Positions 15,099 through 27,989 of a stretch of 64,000 nt of DNA are shown here, one piece after another (positions within the stretch are counted from its first letter, which is position 1; every line of letters starts with the position of its first letter). Position numbers and translations under genes: made by a program. The stretch is from assembly GCF_009914755.1 (NCBI RefSeq), contig NC_060929.1. One strand, given 5' to 3'. Below the pieces are notes generated by a model. It did no database searches and was not told where the DNA came from. It saw only the letters and a list, made by a program, of their open reading frames with translations. This DNA is from the human T2T-CHM13v2.0 reference genome, Homo sapiens.

Positions 15099-15861
15099 CA
15101 GGGATTCAATTTCTTCCTGGTTTAGTCTTGGAAGGGTGTATGTGTCAGGAATCTATCCATTTCTACTAGATTTTCTAGTTTATGTACATACAGGTGTTTG
15201 TAATATTCTCTGTTATTTGTATTTCTGTGGGGTCAGTGGTGATATCTTCCTTGTTGTTTCTGATTGTGTTTATTTGAATCCTCTCTCTTTTCTTCTTTAT
15301 TAATCTATCTACCAATCTATCTATTTTATTATTTTTTTCAAATAATCAGCTCCTGGATTCATTGATCTTTTGAATGATTTTTGTGTCTGAATCTCCCTCA
15401 GTTCAGCTCTGAGTTTTGGTATTTCTTGTCTTCTGCTAGCTAAGGACTTTGTTTGTTCTTGGTTCTCTAGTTCTTTTAGTTGTGATATTAGGTTGCTAAC
15501 TTGAGATCTTTCTAACTTTTTGATGTGGGCTTTTAGTGCTATAAATTTCCCTCTTAACACTGCCTTAGCTATGTCCCAGAGATTCTGGTATGTTGTATAT
15601 TTGTTCTCAGTAGTTTCAAAGAACTTCTTGATTTCTACCTTAATTTTCTTACTTATCCAAAAGTCATTTGGGAGCAGGTTATTCAATTTCCATGTAATTG
15701 TATGGTGTTGAGTGACTATCTTAGTTTTGAGTTCTAATTTGATTACACTGTGGTCTGAGAGACTGTTTATTATTATTTCAGTTATTTTGCATTTGCTGAG
15801 GAGTCTTTTACTTCTGATTATGTGGTCAATTTTAGAATAAGAGCCTGTGGCAATGAGCTGT

Positions 15862-16232
15862 TGATATGTTTTGGCTGTATCCCCAAGCAAATCTCATCTT
15901 GAATTGCAGTTCCTATAATCCCCATGTGTCATGGCAGGGACCTGGTGCGAGGTAATTGAATTATGGGAGTGGTTATCCTCATGCTGTTCTCAAGACTGTG
16001 ACTGAGTTCTCATGACATCAGATGGTTTTATAAGGAGCTTCCGCATTTCACTCACTCTTCTTCCTGCTGCCATGTGAAGAAGGATGTGTTTTCTTCCCCT
16101 TCTGCCATGATTGTAAGTTTTCTGAGGCCCCCTCCAAGCCCCATAGAACTATGAGTAAATTAAGCCTCTTTCCTTTGTAAATTACTGAGTCTCAGGCAGT
16201 TCTTTATAGCAGCATGAGAATTGACTAATACA
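15862..16232 (+). mobile_element. THE1C/D solo LTR nested in L1
   Basis: tgatatgttttggctgtatcccc...gactaataca. Confidence 0.9.
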
Positions 16233-17090
16233 TAAGTATATTCTGTTGTTTTAGGGTAGAGTGTTTTGTGAATGTCTGTCAGGTCCATTTGATCCAGAGC
16301 TGAGTTCAGGTCCTGAATATCTTTGTTAACTTCCTGTCTTAATGATCTGTCAGTGGGATGTTAAAGTCTCCCACTATTATTGTGTAGGAGTCTAAGTCTC
16401 TTTGGAAGTCTCTAAGAACTTGCTTGATGAATCTAAGTGCTCCTGTGTTGGGTGTGTATATATTTAAGATAGTTTAGGTCTTCTTGTTGAATTGAACCCT
16501 TTACCATTGTGTAATGCCCTTCTTTGTCTTTTTGATCTTTGTTGGTTTAAGGTCTGTTTTGTCAGAAACTAGGATTGCAACCCCTGCTTTTTTCCATTTT
16601 CCATTTGCTTGGTAGATTTTCCTCCATCTCTTTATTTTGAGTCTATATGTGTCTTTGCATGTGAGATGAGTCTCTTGAAGACAGTGTAGCAGTGGGTCTT
16701 GGTTGTTTATCCAGCTCACCACTCTGTGTATTTTAATTGATGCATTTAGCCCATTTGCATTTAAGGTTAGTATTGATATTTGTAGATTTGATCTTGCCAA
16801 CATGATGTTAGTTGGTTATTTTGCAGACTTGTTTATGTGGTTGCTTTATAGTGTCACTGGTTTGTGTACTTAAGAGTGTTTTTGTAGTGGCTGGTAATGG
16901 TCCTTTCTTTTCATATTTAGTGCTTCCTTCAGGAGCTCTTGTAAGGCTGGTCTGGTGGTAATGAATTCCCTCAGCATTTGCTTGTCTGAAAAGGATCCAG
17001 AAAAATGGGATACATTGGAGGTGTTTTAAGTATAACTATTCTCTTACAACATCACAGCCAAATGCTTTCCTTTTTTTCCTTTACTTATAG

Positions 17091-17102
17091 GGCCCATGTA
17101 AG
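17091..17102 (+). other. Candidate 12-nt microexon
   Basis: tgctttcctttttttcctttacttatag|GGCCCATGTAAG|gtaaga. Confidence 0.3.
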
Positions 17103-19297
17103 GTAAGAGTTTTCCCCCAGCTCAGACATTTAATCACCCAATTGGTGAGAAGAACATATCACTCAGCCTTTTATCTTCTTATGCCTTTTTGGGAGTCCAC
17201 AAAGTTTGCTAAGTTTGAGAAAATACTTTAAAGCATTTCTCTTCACTATTACTTACTCCTGGGGCTACTCATCTAGTATCTTTTTAGCACAGGAGCAGAG
17301 AGGCTAGAGACCCTGATAATACAATTATTTCACATCCCCTTCTTCTCCTTCCCAATCATACAAGTGCTGCTAAGTTTCTTGATGTGATGGGTCAAACACT
17401 ACCAGGGTTTGCTGCTGAGTCTAGCCTACCCTGACAGATCGTTTCTTTGAATAAAGGAATATTTCTCCCAAGAGCCCAACAGCATCCCTAAAGATTATAT
17501 GACAGCTAAGAAGGCTTTGCCTGTTCAGAGCACAAAGAAAAACAAAACAAAAATTATCTCTGGGATAGGAGCTAAGGAAATGGGTTTCGTCAAATCACAC
17601 AAAATAATATTGATGAATCTCAGCACCGACCCAACCAGAATGCCAAGTTAAAGGAGACAAGAAATATTTAGAAAGGAAATACCATATGTGAATATGCTGG
17701 GTTTTGTTTGACTTTGAAAACTGTATTGCATTTTATTTGCTGGGATGAAACATCTTTTACGGAAAGAGAAAATATGAAAATAATAAGATGCCAAGAAAAC
17801 TCCCCATGTTTCTAAATTTTTCTTTCAGTAAAGGCACAAAGTGGAAGCAATGGATTCAAAATAACATAGAAGGCCTGCAACCTCAGGAATGTAGACTATT
17901 GATTTCAAAGATGTGGAGGGCTTCTTTGAAAGTAGGCATCAGATAATCATGGGAAAGACGAAGCAAGAAAACAATCCACTCTGAGGGAAGGGAAGACCAT
18001 ACAAAGATTGAGATTGGGTCAGCATGGAGAATTTCAGTTCTTACATGCAATCTAATGACAAAGTTATTGCTAGTCATTTTCTAACAGTTAATCTCCATTA
18101 CAATAACCTCATAATCAGCTTCATAGATGGCTAACAGACACATCCTATTATTTTGTCTCTATCAAGTTTTTAAAAGAATATGGAGGGAATCTACCAAATC
18201 AAACAATATTTTGCACAACCAGTCACTTGGAGAATATGTAAATTTGGGTATTGGCTTAAAAGTTAAAACATCAAGGATATGAGCTTTAACTATGTGTTCC
18301 TCCAGCAGAGTTCTGGGTACGCATTTGGGGTATAATAAGTAACAAAACGTAAATTAATATTATTCAATGTTTATTGAAATATTGATATGTATATATATAA
18401 ATTTAACTCTTTCAGAGGTAAAATTTTCCAAATTTACCCCACTCAGTCTTTCATCAAATCTCTTTTCTTGAGTGTTTGCTCCATTCTTTTCTACATTGCA
18501 TAATGCTTCTCTAAAATCTTTCAGGGTTTATTTCCTTTTCCATGAAAAAAACTTTTTGTTACATTCAATCTGATTGAGAAAAGCAACAATGTTTCTTGTA
18601 GCACATGAAGGTAGAGTCTATGGCCTAAGCATATGCAGTCTGTTTTTATTAGCACAATAATTTGATTATATGGGGTATAGGAATGACTAAAAATTTGCAT
18701 AATTCACACAAATAAGGCAAAGATAGCCAATTAGGATGCACAAATTATTTTCCTAGAGTTCAGTAGAGACAAAAATTATTTAAAAAAACAACCACAACAG
18801 CTAAATCAAGAGCTAATGATCAGATGACAGGATGACAAACCATAAATATATACTGGATATCACTACAGCCTTCAAGACATGTGGTCTTCCTCCTTTTATT
18901 TTTTTTCTATCTTTTTGATGATATGTGGAGGTAGACTTGCACAAACTTTCTTTCTAAAATATACATCACTTCCAGTATTTCAGTGTCCCCTGAATCTCAG
19001 ACTCATTTTACAGGAGTAGCAATTTCATATGCTGTAGAAAATAAAGAATAAGAAAGGGGAACACAGGAAAAATATATAAGTTATAGAAATGTCTTACGAT
19101 GTGTCAATAAATTAGTATGGAAACCCACTTGTTAATCCTATTCATCCCCCCAAAAGTATTGCATAGGACCTATGCTTAGTACCTATTATTATACACTGGT
19201 TTAATATTTATTAGGCTCCTACTTACCAGAGATGGTGGGACATTTATTATAAAATATCAAAGTTCAGAATTCTTCAGAAAGTACTTTCCATTTACAG

Positions 19298-19624
19298 ATG
19301 CATTTGTCATTGAAGAAAAACATCTTACAAAGGAAGTTTAAAAGAGAACCCAGATGAATATTTCTTCAGATGAACCACAAATAAGTTCTGATTTCAACAT
19401 GTTCTACAACTCCCCAGAGCTGAGAAGCTAAAGACGGTTCTACAGTATCATATTCCAAAGGCATCACAGGGTTTAGCTGCTAATGCAATAAAGTGGTTTT
19501 TGTCTTGGAAGCACGCAACATCATGAATAACATTGTCATCTAGAAACAATGAGCCAATAGGCACCATTTTGTGTTGTAACCGAGCAGGCTTGCTTGATTG
19601 TGGATGCAGATATGCCCACCCTAC
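19298..19624 (+). ncRNA. Candidate non-coding exon (internal or alternative terminal)
   Basis: Acceptor tactttccatttacag|ATG, donor TAC|gtaagt, internal AATAAA near 19488; no ORF spans it. Confidence 0.35.
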
Positions 19625-20039
19625 GTAAGTTGACATTTTGTACAGACTAGAAGAAATGTGTGGTATGAGATCAATAAAGAAGTAACTAAAAGTAAAAGAC
19701 TCTTAATGATTGTAAATGAAGCTGAGAACAAAAACTTAGATCTCAATAACCTAGAGTTATGACTCTAGGGCTATGGTCTGTTAACATCTGCTTCTTGGGT
19801 AGGAATGTTTTTCTTTCAAAATAACAGTGCTACATGAATCAACAGCTTCCAAAGGAACTATTTCATGCCATCCAACCTTAGGTCTCAGACCTGAAAAAGC
19901 TCATTGATCTTTGGTAAAATCTCAGTTACATAAGTAGGAAGTTATTTTTAAAGCCATACCAGATGCTACAGTTCCTCCTCATTGCTCCCACATGGATGTT
20001 CACTGTTTATTCAGAATTGAGCCAAAAGCCCTGAAATAA

Positions 20040-20583
20040 GAAAGTTAAGTATGATTCCCTGACAAACCAAGAGAACAGAGTTGCATGCAATGGATCTGTA
20101 AATATTTATTTTAGTTTTATTATTTGGCTGATGGCTTTTGAGCTGGCCACTCTTGCACAAACACACACACACACACGCACACACACACACACAAACTCAG
20201 AGATTTTCCTTAGGAGGCTCATGGTTTTCCTTCTGCAACTGACAGGAGAATTTCTTCCTAATTTAAATCATTTTTATAGCCTCCTAAGTGAGAGTAAAAC
20301 ATTTACAGATAAACTACAACCCTACCTCATCATTTTGCCAAGAGAGGTATAAAGTAGTCCATGTTCTTCTGTCAGAAATAATCTTTGGTAATATAAAAAT
20401 GATAATTTATTTCATCAAATTGGAACTCATGTTAAAAGGAATTGTTATTGTCATGCCTTATCCATGATTTGAAGAGGTTTTTATCATGTATTTTTTTTTT
20501 CTGTAACTCGGGATTCACATTTGATCTCTAGTAAAAGAAGTTAAAGAAATGTTCAATTACCAGATCTCATTGAGAAGGTAAGT
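20040..20583 (+). promoter_or_regulatory. Candidate promoter or first exon
   Basis: FOX/GATA-like motifs, TATAAA at 20348-20353, consensus donor AAG|gtaagt at 20577/20578. Confidence 0.25.
20161..20192. repeat. (CA)n microsatellite
   Basis: Direct read, one interruption. Confidence 0.95.
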
Positions 20584-20639
20584 TTCTGACTGTATTTGGG
20601 GTTGTCAAAGATAAAATGTCAAAACTACATAGACTTGTC

Positions 20640-20730
20640 TTACATTTCTCCAGAGAATGTATTTATTTCCTGTTGTATCCTTAGTATCTAGAACAGTAGC
20701 TGGACAGTATTAAATAAATGAGTGAATAAA
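20640..20730 (+). mobile_element. L2 3' end
   Basis: gtatccttagtatctagaacagtagctggaca...aaatgagtgaataaa. Confidence 0.6.
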
Positions 20731-21113
20731 GGACTCATCCTCAGTTATCAAAACAATCCCAATTTTTAAAGCCATAATTATTTCTCTTTTATTTCCTAAT
20801 AAGTCAGGTGGTGAGTATCATTGCCTGTGTAAATCATTAGTATCATCTCCCACTATAAAGTTTTATGTTATGTTACTTCTTACTGCCTGACATGCACTTT
20901 ATTATTAATAAACACTATCCAGTACTATTATTTACCATTTCCATGTAGAACTACCAATATTATCATTTAGCATATTTTCATGTAGAATTACCACTGTATT
21001 CATAAATAAGATTGAAGCACTCATTTGCTTAAAATTTCCTGGTAATGCCGGTATAATGCTTAGAATAAACATCAACCTCTTGCCAAGGATTAAGAAGCCA
21101 TACATGATTAAGC

Positions 21114-21139
21114 TTTTTTTTTTTTTTTTTTTTTTTTTT
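21114..21139. repeat. Poly(T)26
   Basis: Direct read; no adjacent SINE body or clear TSD. Confidence 0.9.
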
Positions 21140-21194
21140 GTATTTTGAACCTTATCACCTACCATTCTTGGTCTATACACTGAAGGACATTTCC

Positions 21195-22530
21195 ACTTTA
21201 GGAATTCTGGCTTTCAGTAAAGGCAAAGTAGCTTATATTAGACTAGCCCTCCTGCTGTTAACAATTAGAAAGTTAAGTGGGAAAAAAACTACTATTCGAA
21301 GCCACTAAACAGTGACAAAATTGTCATATTTGAAAATTGTCAGGATTTGAAAACAGCTCCGGATAGATAGAGCTCAAACAAAACATTATTACTGGAAAAA
21401 TCAGATGAGAGATCTGGGGGCTGCCCGAGTGGCTGGATATTGAGAGGGAGAAATTCTGGAAGGGAGGGTGTTACAGAAAGGAAAACCCCAAAATCTTTGT
21501 ATAACCCCCATTCAAACTAAACTGCTGACAGTTAGGGTGAGACTCCAAGGAGCTTGCAGGAAGGCAGCAGTTAACAATGACTTTAGTGGATGCACACTAC
21601 AGGAGAGTCAAGATTGGGAATTAGAGTTATATCAAGTTTGACTGGCTTATGAAGTACCTCAGGATTTCTATTAAAATCACAGAAGAGGCTGGGTGTGGTG
21701 GCTCACGCCTGTAGTCCCAGTACTTTGGGAGGCCGAGGCAGGCAGATCATGAGGTCAGGAGATTGAGACCATCCTGGCTAACACACGGTGAAACCCCATC
21801 TCTACTAAAAATACAAAAAATTAGCCAGGCATAGTGGCACACGGCTGTAGTCCCGGCTACTAGGGAGGCTTAGGCATGAGAATTGCTTGAACTCGGGAGG
21901 TGGAGGTTGCAGTGAGCCAAGATCACGCCACTGCACACTCCAGCCTGGGTGACAGGGTGAGACTCTGTCTCACAAAAAAAAAAAAATTGCAGAAGAACCA
22001 CACTTTAGGATTAAAGACTACAATCCAAGACTAAGTGATTTAACAATTTAACTGCCTGATAGAAAAAACAATTGGATCCAGAGTCTCTATCGTATCCATA
22101 CAATATCCAGTATGTAATCAAAAATGACTAGACATATGAACAATTAGAGAAATAGATGACCCATAGTCAAGAGAGGAAGAATAGTTAATATACTAAAACA
22201 AACCAGATCTTAGTATTAATAGACAACTTTAAGGTAACCCTAACAAATATGCAAGAGAATCTGAAGGAAAAGTTGAATATAATGAGATTAGGAAATTTCA
22301 GGACATATGTGAATACTGTTCAAAAATGAACAGATAAGAAGTTTAAAACTGAAAAAATATATATCCAAAGTAAAAAAAAATTGAATAAGATTCATACTGG
22401 ATTGGATACAATACAAGAAAACATTAGTAAACTTGAAGATAGTCAAAATAAATTATATATACTGAAGCACAAAGAGAGGCATGACTGAAAAAAATAATGA
22501 GCAGAGCCTCTCATGAACTTGGGACAGCAG
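21195..22530 (+). mobile_element. Ancient L1M 5' region/ORF1 fragment, interrupted by Alu
   Basis: A-rich ORF1-like sequence (agtaaacttgaagatagtc...actgaagcacaaagaga). Confidence 0.55.
21687..21982 (+). mobile_element. AluSc/Sc8-like
   Basis: Full dimer; TSD aaaat(ca/tg)cagaaga at 21673-21686 and 21983-21996. Confidence 0.92.
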
Positions 22531-23326
22531 TATGCCAAGATGTATGCTGAGAGCAGTTGGTTAACCTCATGGCAGAAGGAAAGGATCAGGGTCCTCTGAT
22601 TTTTAGGATGACAGCCCTAGTCTTCCTGAAAGCAGCTGACTCTTCTGGCACTCACAACTAAAGCTTGTGTGTACTGGAACTCAGGTCTGTCATGGGCAGA
22701 ACAGAGGCTGGCTAGACTTCACCTCAATTCCCATTCCTACTGACCCTTCTTTCAGTCCATTGGTTTGACTTTTGCTTCTGCTGCTATGACAGATATCTGG
22801 CTCAACTTGTTTTCATGCCATACTGAAATCCTAAACTTTACAGTCTCCTTCCTGAGCACTGAGCAGTCTCATTGGTGTGGTCTGGCCTAGAAAATGATAC
22901 AGTTGCAATCAGAGAGGTGACCACTTTTCAGAATCACAAATGGGGAGCAAGACAATACCTTCTCCTTGCCCTCCATCCTTTCCTACCACTTTCACTCTTA
23001 ATACCACAGGTACTCTATAACTAGCATGGAGAAAGGAAATCTTTCTTGCTTTCTCTGTGATCTCTAACAAATTACCAGGCCAGGAAATAATATGTTTATG
23101 TCCTGTACCTCTTCTCCTCTCCTTTCTGTCCTTAAGATGTATTCTGTGGCTTCATTGTCAAAGGCAGAAGGGGAAACTCCTCTATTCTACAAAAGAATGC
23201 TGCAAGTTTAACACCTGAGCTACTAAAAGCAAAAGGAGGATAGAGGACATTGGGAAATCCTATCTTAAGACAGTTGACTGACTATTATGTTACATTATAA
23301 TCTTATTTAGCAAGGCAGAATCTGAC

Positions 23327-23712
23327 TGTATTAGTTCATTCTCATGCTGCTATTAATAATAAAGACATACCCAAGACTGGGTAATTTATAAAGGAAAGAG
23401 ATTTAATTGACATGCACTTCTGCATGGCTGAGGAGGCCTCAGGAAACTTACAATCATGGTGGAAGAAGAAGCAAACATGTCCTTCTTCATATAGTGGCAG
23501 GAAGGAGAAGTGCAGAGGGAAAGGGGGAAAAGCCCCTGACAAAACCATCAGATCTCATGAGAACTCACTCACTGTCATGAGAACAGCATGGTGGGACTGC
23601 CTCCATGATCTAATCACCTCCCATGAGGTCCCTCCCCCAACACATGGGAATTACAATTCACATTACAATTCAAGATGAGATTTGGGTGGGGACACAGAGC
23701 CAGACCATATCA
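23327..23712 (-). mobile_element. THE1C/D solo LTR
   Basis: tgtattagttcattctcatgctgct...gagccagaccatatca. Confidence 0.9.
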
Positions 23713-26575
23713 CTATTATCTGCCTTTGTATTCCTTTTTCAGCAAATTCTGCTGTCTCTCTAGATTGCCAAAGATTACTAGCACTAAGGTGGAGGGGGGT
23801 GGTAAGAAAGAGGGGGAGTAAAATAATTTTTTTGAAATATTATTATTCTCAATTTTTTTTTATTTATGACTATGCAATATGAACAGAGCTGGAATTTATA
23901 AATCCATTTCAGGATAACTTTAATAGTCATATGAGTCCTGAAGCCCCTTGCATTTTAGACAAAGCTCATTATCACAGGATGCTGTTACTGGGGAAGGGGA
24001 GAGCTGTGGTCATGAGCCTTATGATATTGCTTTATAAAAGTGACTCCTCTTTTTCCCCAACTCTGAATCTCTGTCACCATATCAAATGTAGGTTTCTCAG
24101 GATGAAATTGAGAGTAATTTTCATCCCTGAAATTTCCTAGTAGATTCTTTTCTCCAACTTTAATTATCACCTCCTGCGGACCATTATAAACTGTATCAGA
24201 TTTCATTCATATCAAGCATTGAATTATGGATCAAATGATCACATTAAATTATGATTATTTTTAATTCCCAGGCATGTGTTTATTATTGAAGGAATTCTCA
24301 CACTTCTTTTCAAAACATGTTCTCAAGTGAATCTAGTGATAAATATACAAATTTATTTATGGTAATCAAAAAAAGAAGATTTAGCATAATGACTGATGGC
24401 ATACTCATTTAGAGACAGATGTTCAGGGGATTTAATTCAAAAAAAGGAAGTTTTTAAACTTCTTCATTTTGACACACACTCTCTCTCTCTGTCTACATAT
24501 ATATGTGTGCGTGGGTGACATACATATATTGCAGAACAATCCCCTCAGGAGCAATGAATTTCAGATGTGTTGTCTCTGCTGTTTTATTAATGACACTATC
24601 TGGTGGGCATCAATGAGTCACACGAGGGCTGCAACAGATTTCTGTCTTTTCTTAAATGTCTTGTTCTGGTTTCTATCAATACAGCAAGATAAAAAAACAA
24701 CTCATGCGCATAAACCTTAGGCTGATGTAGCAGCTGAGTTTTATGTGTATAACTAGAATTCTAAATATTTAATGTATAGAGTTCTTTCTAATTTCAGAAG
24801 AAATATGAAGGCAGTGCTCCTGAAATCCTACACGCTAGTCTATCATTTAAATCCAAAAGTGAAGGATTATGGTTCAGAAGACTTCAAGTTGGCATTTGAT
24901 GGTTCAGAGGAAATGAAGCCATTTCAGAGTAAACTGCATATTTTCTAAGAAGAGAAGAAATTTTTGGATGTGTATTTTATTTTCTGCATAGTAGCCATGA
25001 TATTTCCCATGATCAGAAAAGCATAACATAAAGCCTAACAGCGCTGTGAAAAACAAAGTTATTCCTCAGAAACAAGGTACAGTATCTATAATTGGAAAAA
25101 ATAGAACTACTAAAAATATGGAAAAAAATTTTCTATAATAAAAATATTAATCTCATGATATTGTGAAAGCATCACTACTCTCTTAAGCTTTGTCTATCAT
25201 AATGTATAGTCTATATATTTGCTTTAATAGTAATAGAGTGTGAAAAATAAAATATTCACTGATCAAATACAGTAGGAATAGCTGTAAAAATTGTCTAGGT
25301 CAAAAAAGAAAAGCAGGATGAGTTTGAACCTCACCAAAATAACTCTCTCTAGATCTCTCTCTCTCTTCCTCTTTGGTTTTTTCACTGTATCTACCTAGAA
25401 AACCAAAAGCCCCAGAGGTTACATGAAAAAATATTTTAAACCTCATTCAAATTATTTAATAAGAAAATCCATGCCTCATCAAGGTAATAGGGATGGGTCT
25501 ATCCGGCATAAAAAGTGCCAGAAGATAGCCAGCTTCCTCCTCCTAGAAAGATTATCACAGTACTGGGCTGAGGGATCTTTGATAAATACATGCGAAATGA
25601 AGATTTATTTAGGTGACGTCAAGACTATATATTCAGATAATACCAGGGTATTTGGGCAGGACAAGCAGGAACATTCCTCTGTTTTTAAAAAGGAAACACC
25701 TTTTACATCATTAGAAGTGTACATCTCACAGGCAGTTCAGGAACCAGTTTTTCCACATTTATCTTAAATCACATTTGAGGTACTGAATCCTACAAATAAG
25801 TATAATTAACATAAAAAGAACACATTTAATGACATTTTAAATAAAAAACAGCATTGAAATCTGAGGCTTAGCCAGATGCCTACTTAAAATTGACTAAACT
25901 GTTTCAAACGCTGTGTCTTTAAATTAATTTATGTTGAACACAGTGGGTACCAGAGTCAATTCTGGTTACTATGACAACAGACACTGAAAATTTAAAGATC
26001 CAGCAGCAGGCTCAATTCCCTGCAAAGAGGGTTATTTTACATTAAAATTACATACCACTGTAACAGTTTCAATGAAACATGTTAAACAGATATACATGCA
26101 AGTCATCTTTTTAAAAGACAATTTAATTAGTGTATATGAGATACAATGCTTATCATTTTAACTTAAATTTCCTCCTAGCTAGATTTAAAGAGTGAATTAG
26201 AAACTAAATATCAGAAAGCAAGCAACTAATTATCAAAATGCTACACTAGGGAAGAAGAAAAGATATCTAAACTAATCATGTAATAAATACACCACAGACT
26301 ATCAGTCTATACTATTTGCTTTGCAAATCTATCCTTGGCTAGTGGGCTAGTTTCATAAGATGGAAACTTAACAGAACAACCACAACAATAGAAGAGGGAA
26401 CATGCATTCATATGAACACACTGAATTTTTTAGATTAATAAAATGCATAATGATTTCTCTAAAGAGTCCTTTAATAGGCTGTAAAATTACTGGATTTGAA
26501 AATGATTGTGTTTTGTTTTATTCCAATACAGTTTTTATGGGGTCAAGGCTCATCAATTCTACCAAATAAATATAC

Positions 26576-26830
26576 TGACTCATGTAGACCAAAAAGCAGT
26601 CACCCTGTGTATATAAACCGAGTGAAGGGAAACGAGGTGTGAGGGGCTGTCAATTAGTGCATGCCAAAGAGGAGAGGAAGGTAGAGGCCTCCCGAAGTGG
26701 CACTCCTCCCTGTCTCTCCTTGCATTCAAGCACGAAGGGCAAGGGAAATGCCTGCTTGGTTCTGACTTAATGCACATCATGATAGCAGTTTCCCAATCGG
26801 TCTTTAAAAACACTCACGTGCACACACTTT
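26576..26830. promoter_or_regulatory. Candidate enhancer or promoter
   Basis: AP-1 TGACTCA (26576), TATATAAA (~26610), E-box CACGTG (26815-26820); locally GC-richer unique DNA. Confidence 0.3.
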
Positions 26831-27989
26831 TCAGGACAGGCCATTTTCCTGTTGTTTAGTCTGCTAAAGTGTAACATCAGTCTTGATCTGGTTCATCTTG
26901 AGATATTGATTAAAATTGGTACCGTACATTATGTCTCTGATATATGTCCCTGAATAAGGTTAACTTCATTCAAAATAGAGAGATTTCCTTTTTGTATTCA
27001 TCTTATAACTCTCAAATTAGATTCTTGAATCAAATTTCATTTTTACAAACCCTTGTTTGAAAGAAAAACGGGAGGTAGGGAAGACTAGAAAGAATTATTT
27101 TCCTCTCCATAAGTGGGTCCCCTATACTAAAGATTTTCCTAACACACAAGAATTGAGTCTATGAAAGATCTCAAGCATCTAAGGGATATTTATTCAGTTT
27201 GTTGACTATTTTTAACAGTTTATAAGGATGCTTGAATATTCCACTTTCTTATCTCAATTTTGCTACTTCACAAAGACAAGAATCAAAAAGAAAGAAAACA
27301 CTACTGGTCTCCAAAATATACAGTGTCCTTGGCATATAGACTATGAAGACAAAAATCAATGAGAATGTCCACATTTCAAATATATTTTAGAGTTGGAAAA
27401 TCAAACTGTTTTAATATATGAAATCCAATATTGCTTCTCCACTCTGAAATTATAGGACATCAATTATGTTGAAAACATGTTCATCATCAGAATAAATTAC
27501 TCATGATGTTTCAGAAGAAGAAAAATTTTCTATTAGGAAAAAAAAACATGGCTCAAAAATCTTTGTTCATGTTATGTAAGTTTTCATTTGTTTCTTTTCA
27601 AGTGGTTTGAAAATAAAGAAGCTGCTAAAATCCAGTGGGTAGAGAACTATAAACAAGACACTAATTTTGTATTTTTAAAACTGTGTGTTCATGTAATCTA
27701 AATGGAACAGTTTGTTCTATTAAAACCATCCTTCAGTTTGCAAGAGCCCTCTTTAGGTATTTATAGGCCTTCAGATAGGCTCCAACTGTTATAGTTTACA
27801 ATGACTTTTCACACATTCCTGTTTAACTTATCAGCAACAACATTTATGGATGTGTTACATGGCATAAGAAATTATTTTTATTTAATTTGTATCTCTTAAA
27901 AATCATTCAGTGTCCATGTAGAGTAAATAATACACATCTGTTTAACATTACTAATTAAGCATTACAGTCTAACATATATATAGCCTCCC

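Larger units (their letters stand above)
14278..16996 (-). mobile_element. Internal L1PA/L1P4 fragment (end of ORF1 to ORF2 EN/RT), lacking 5'UTR, 3'UTR and poly(A)
   Basis: ORF2 peptides ILTLNANGLNA (EN start), SKIDHII...[22 protein letters not shown]...HHDQVGFI. Confidence 0.92.
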
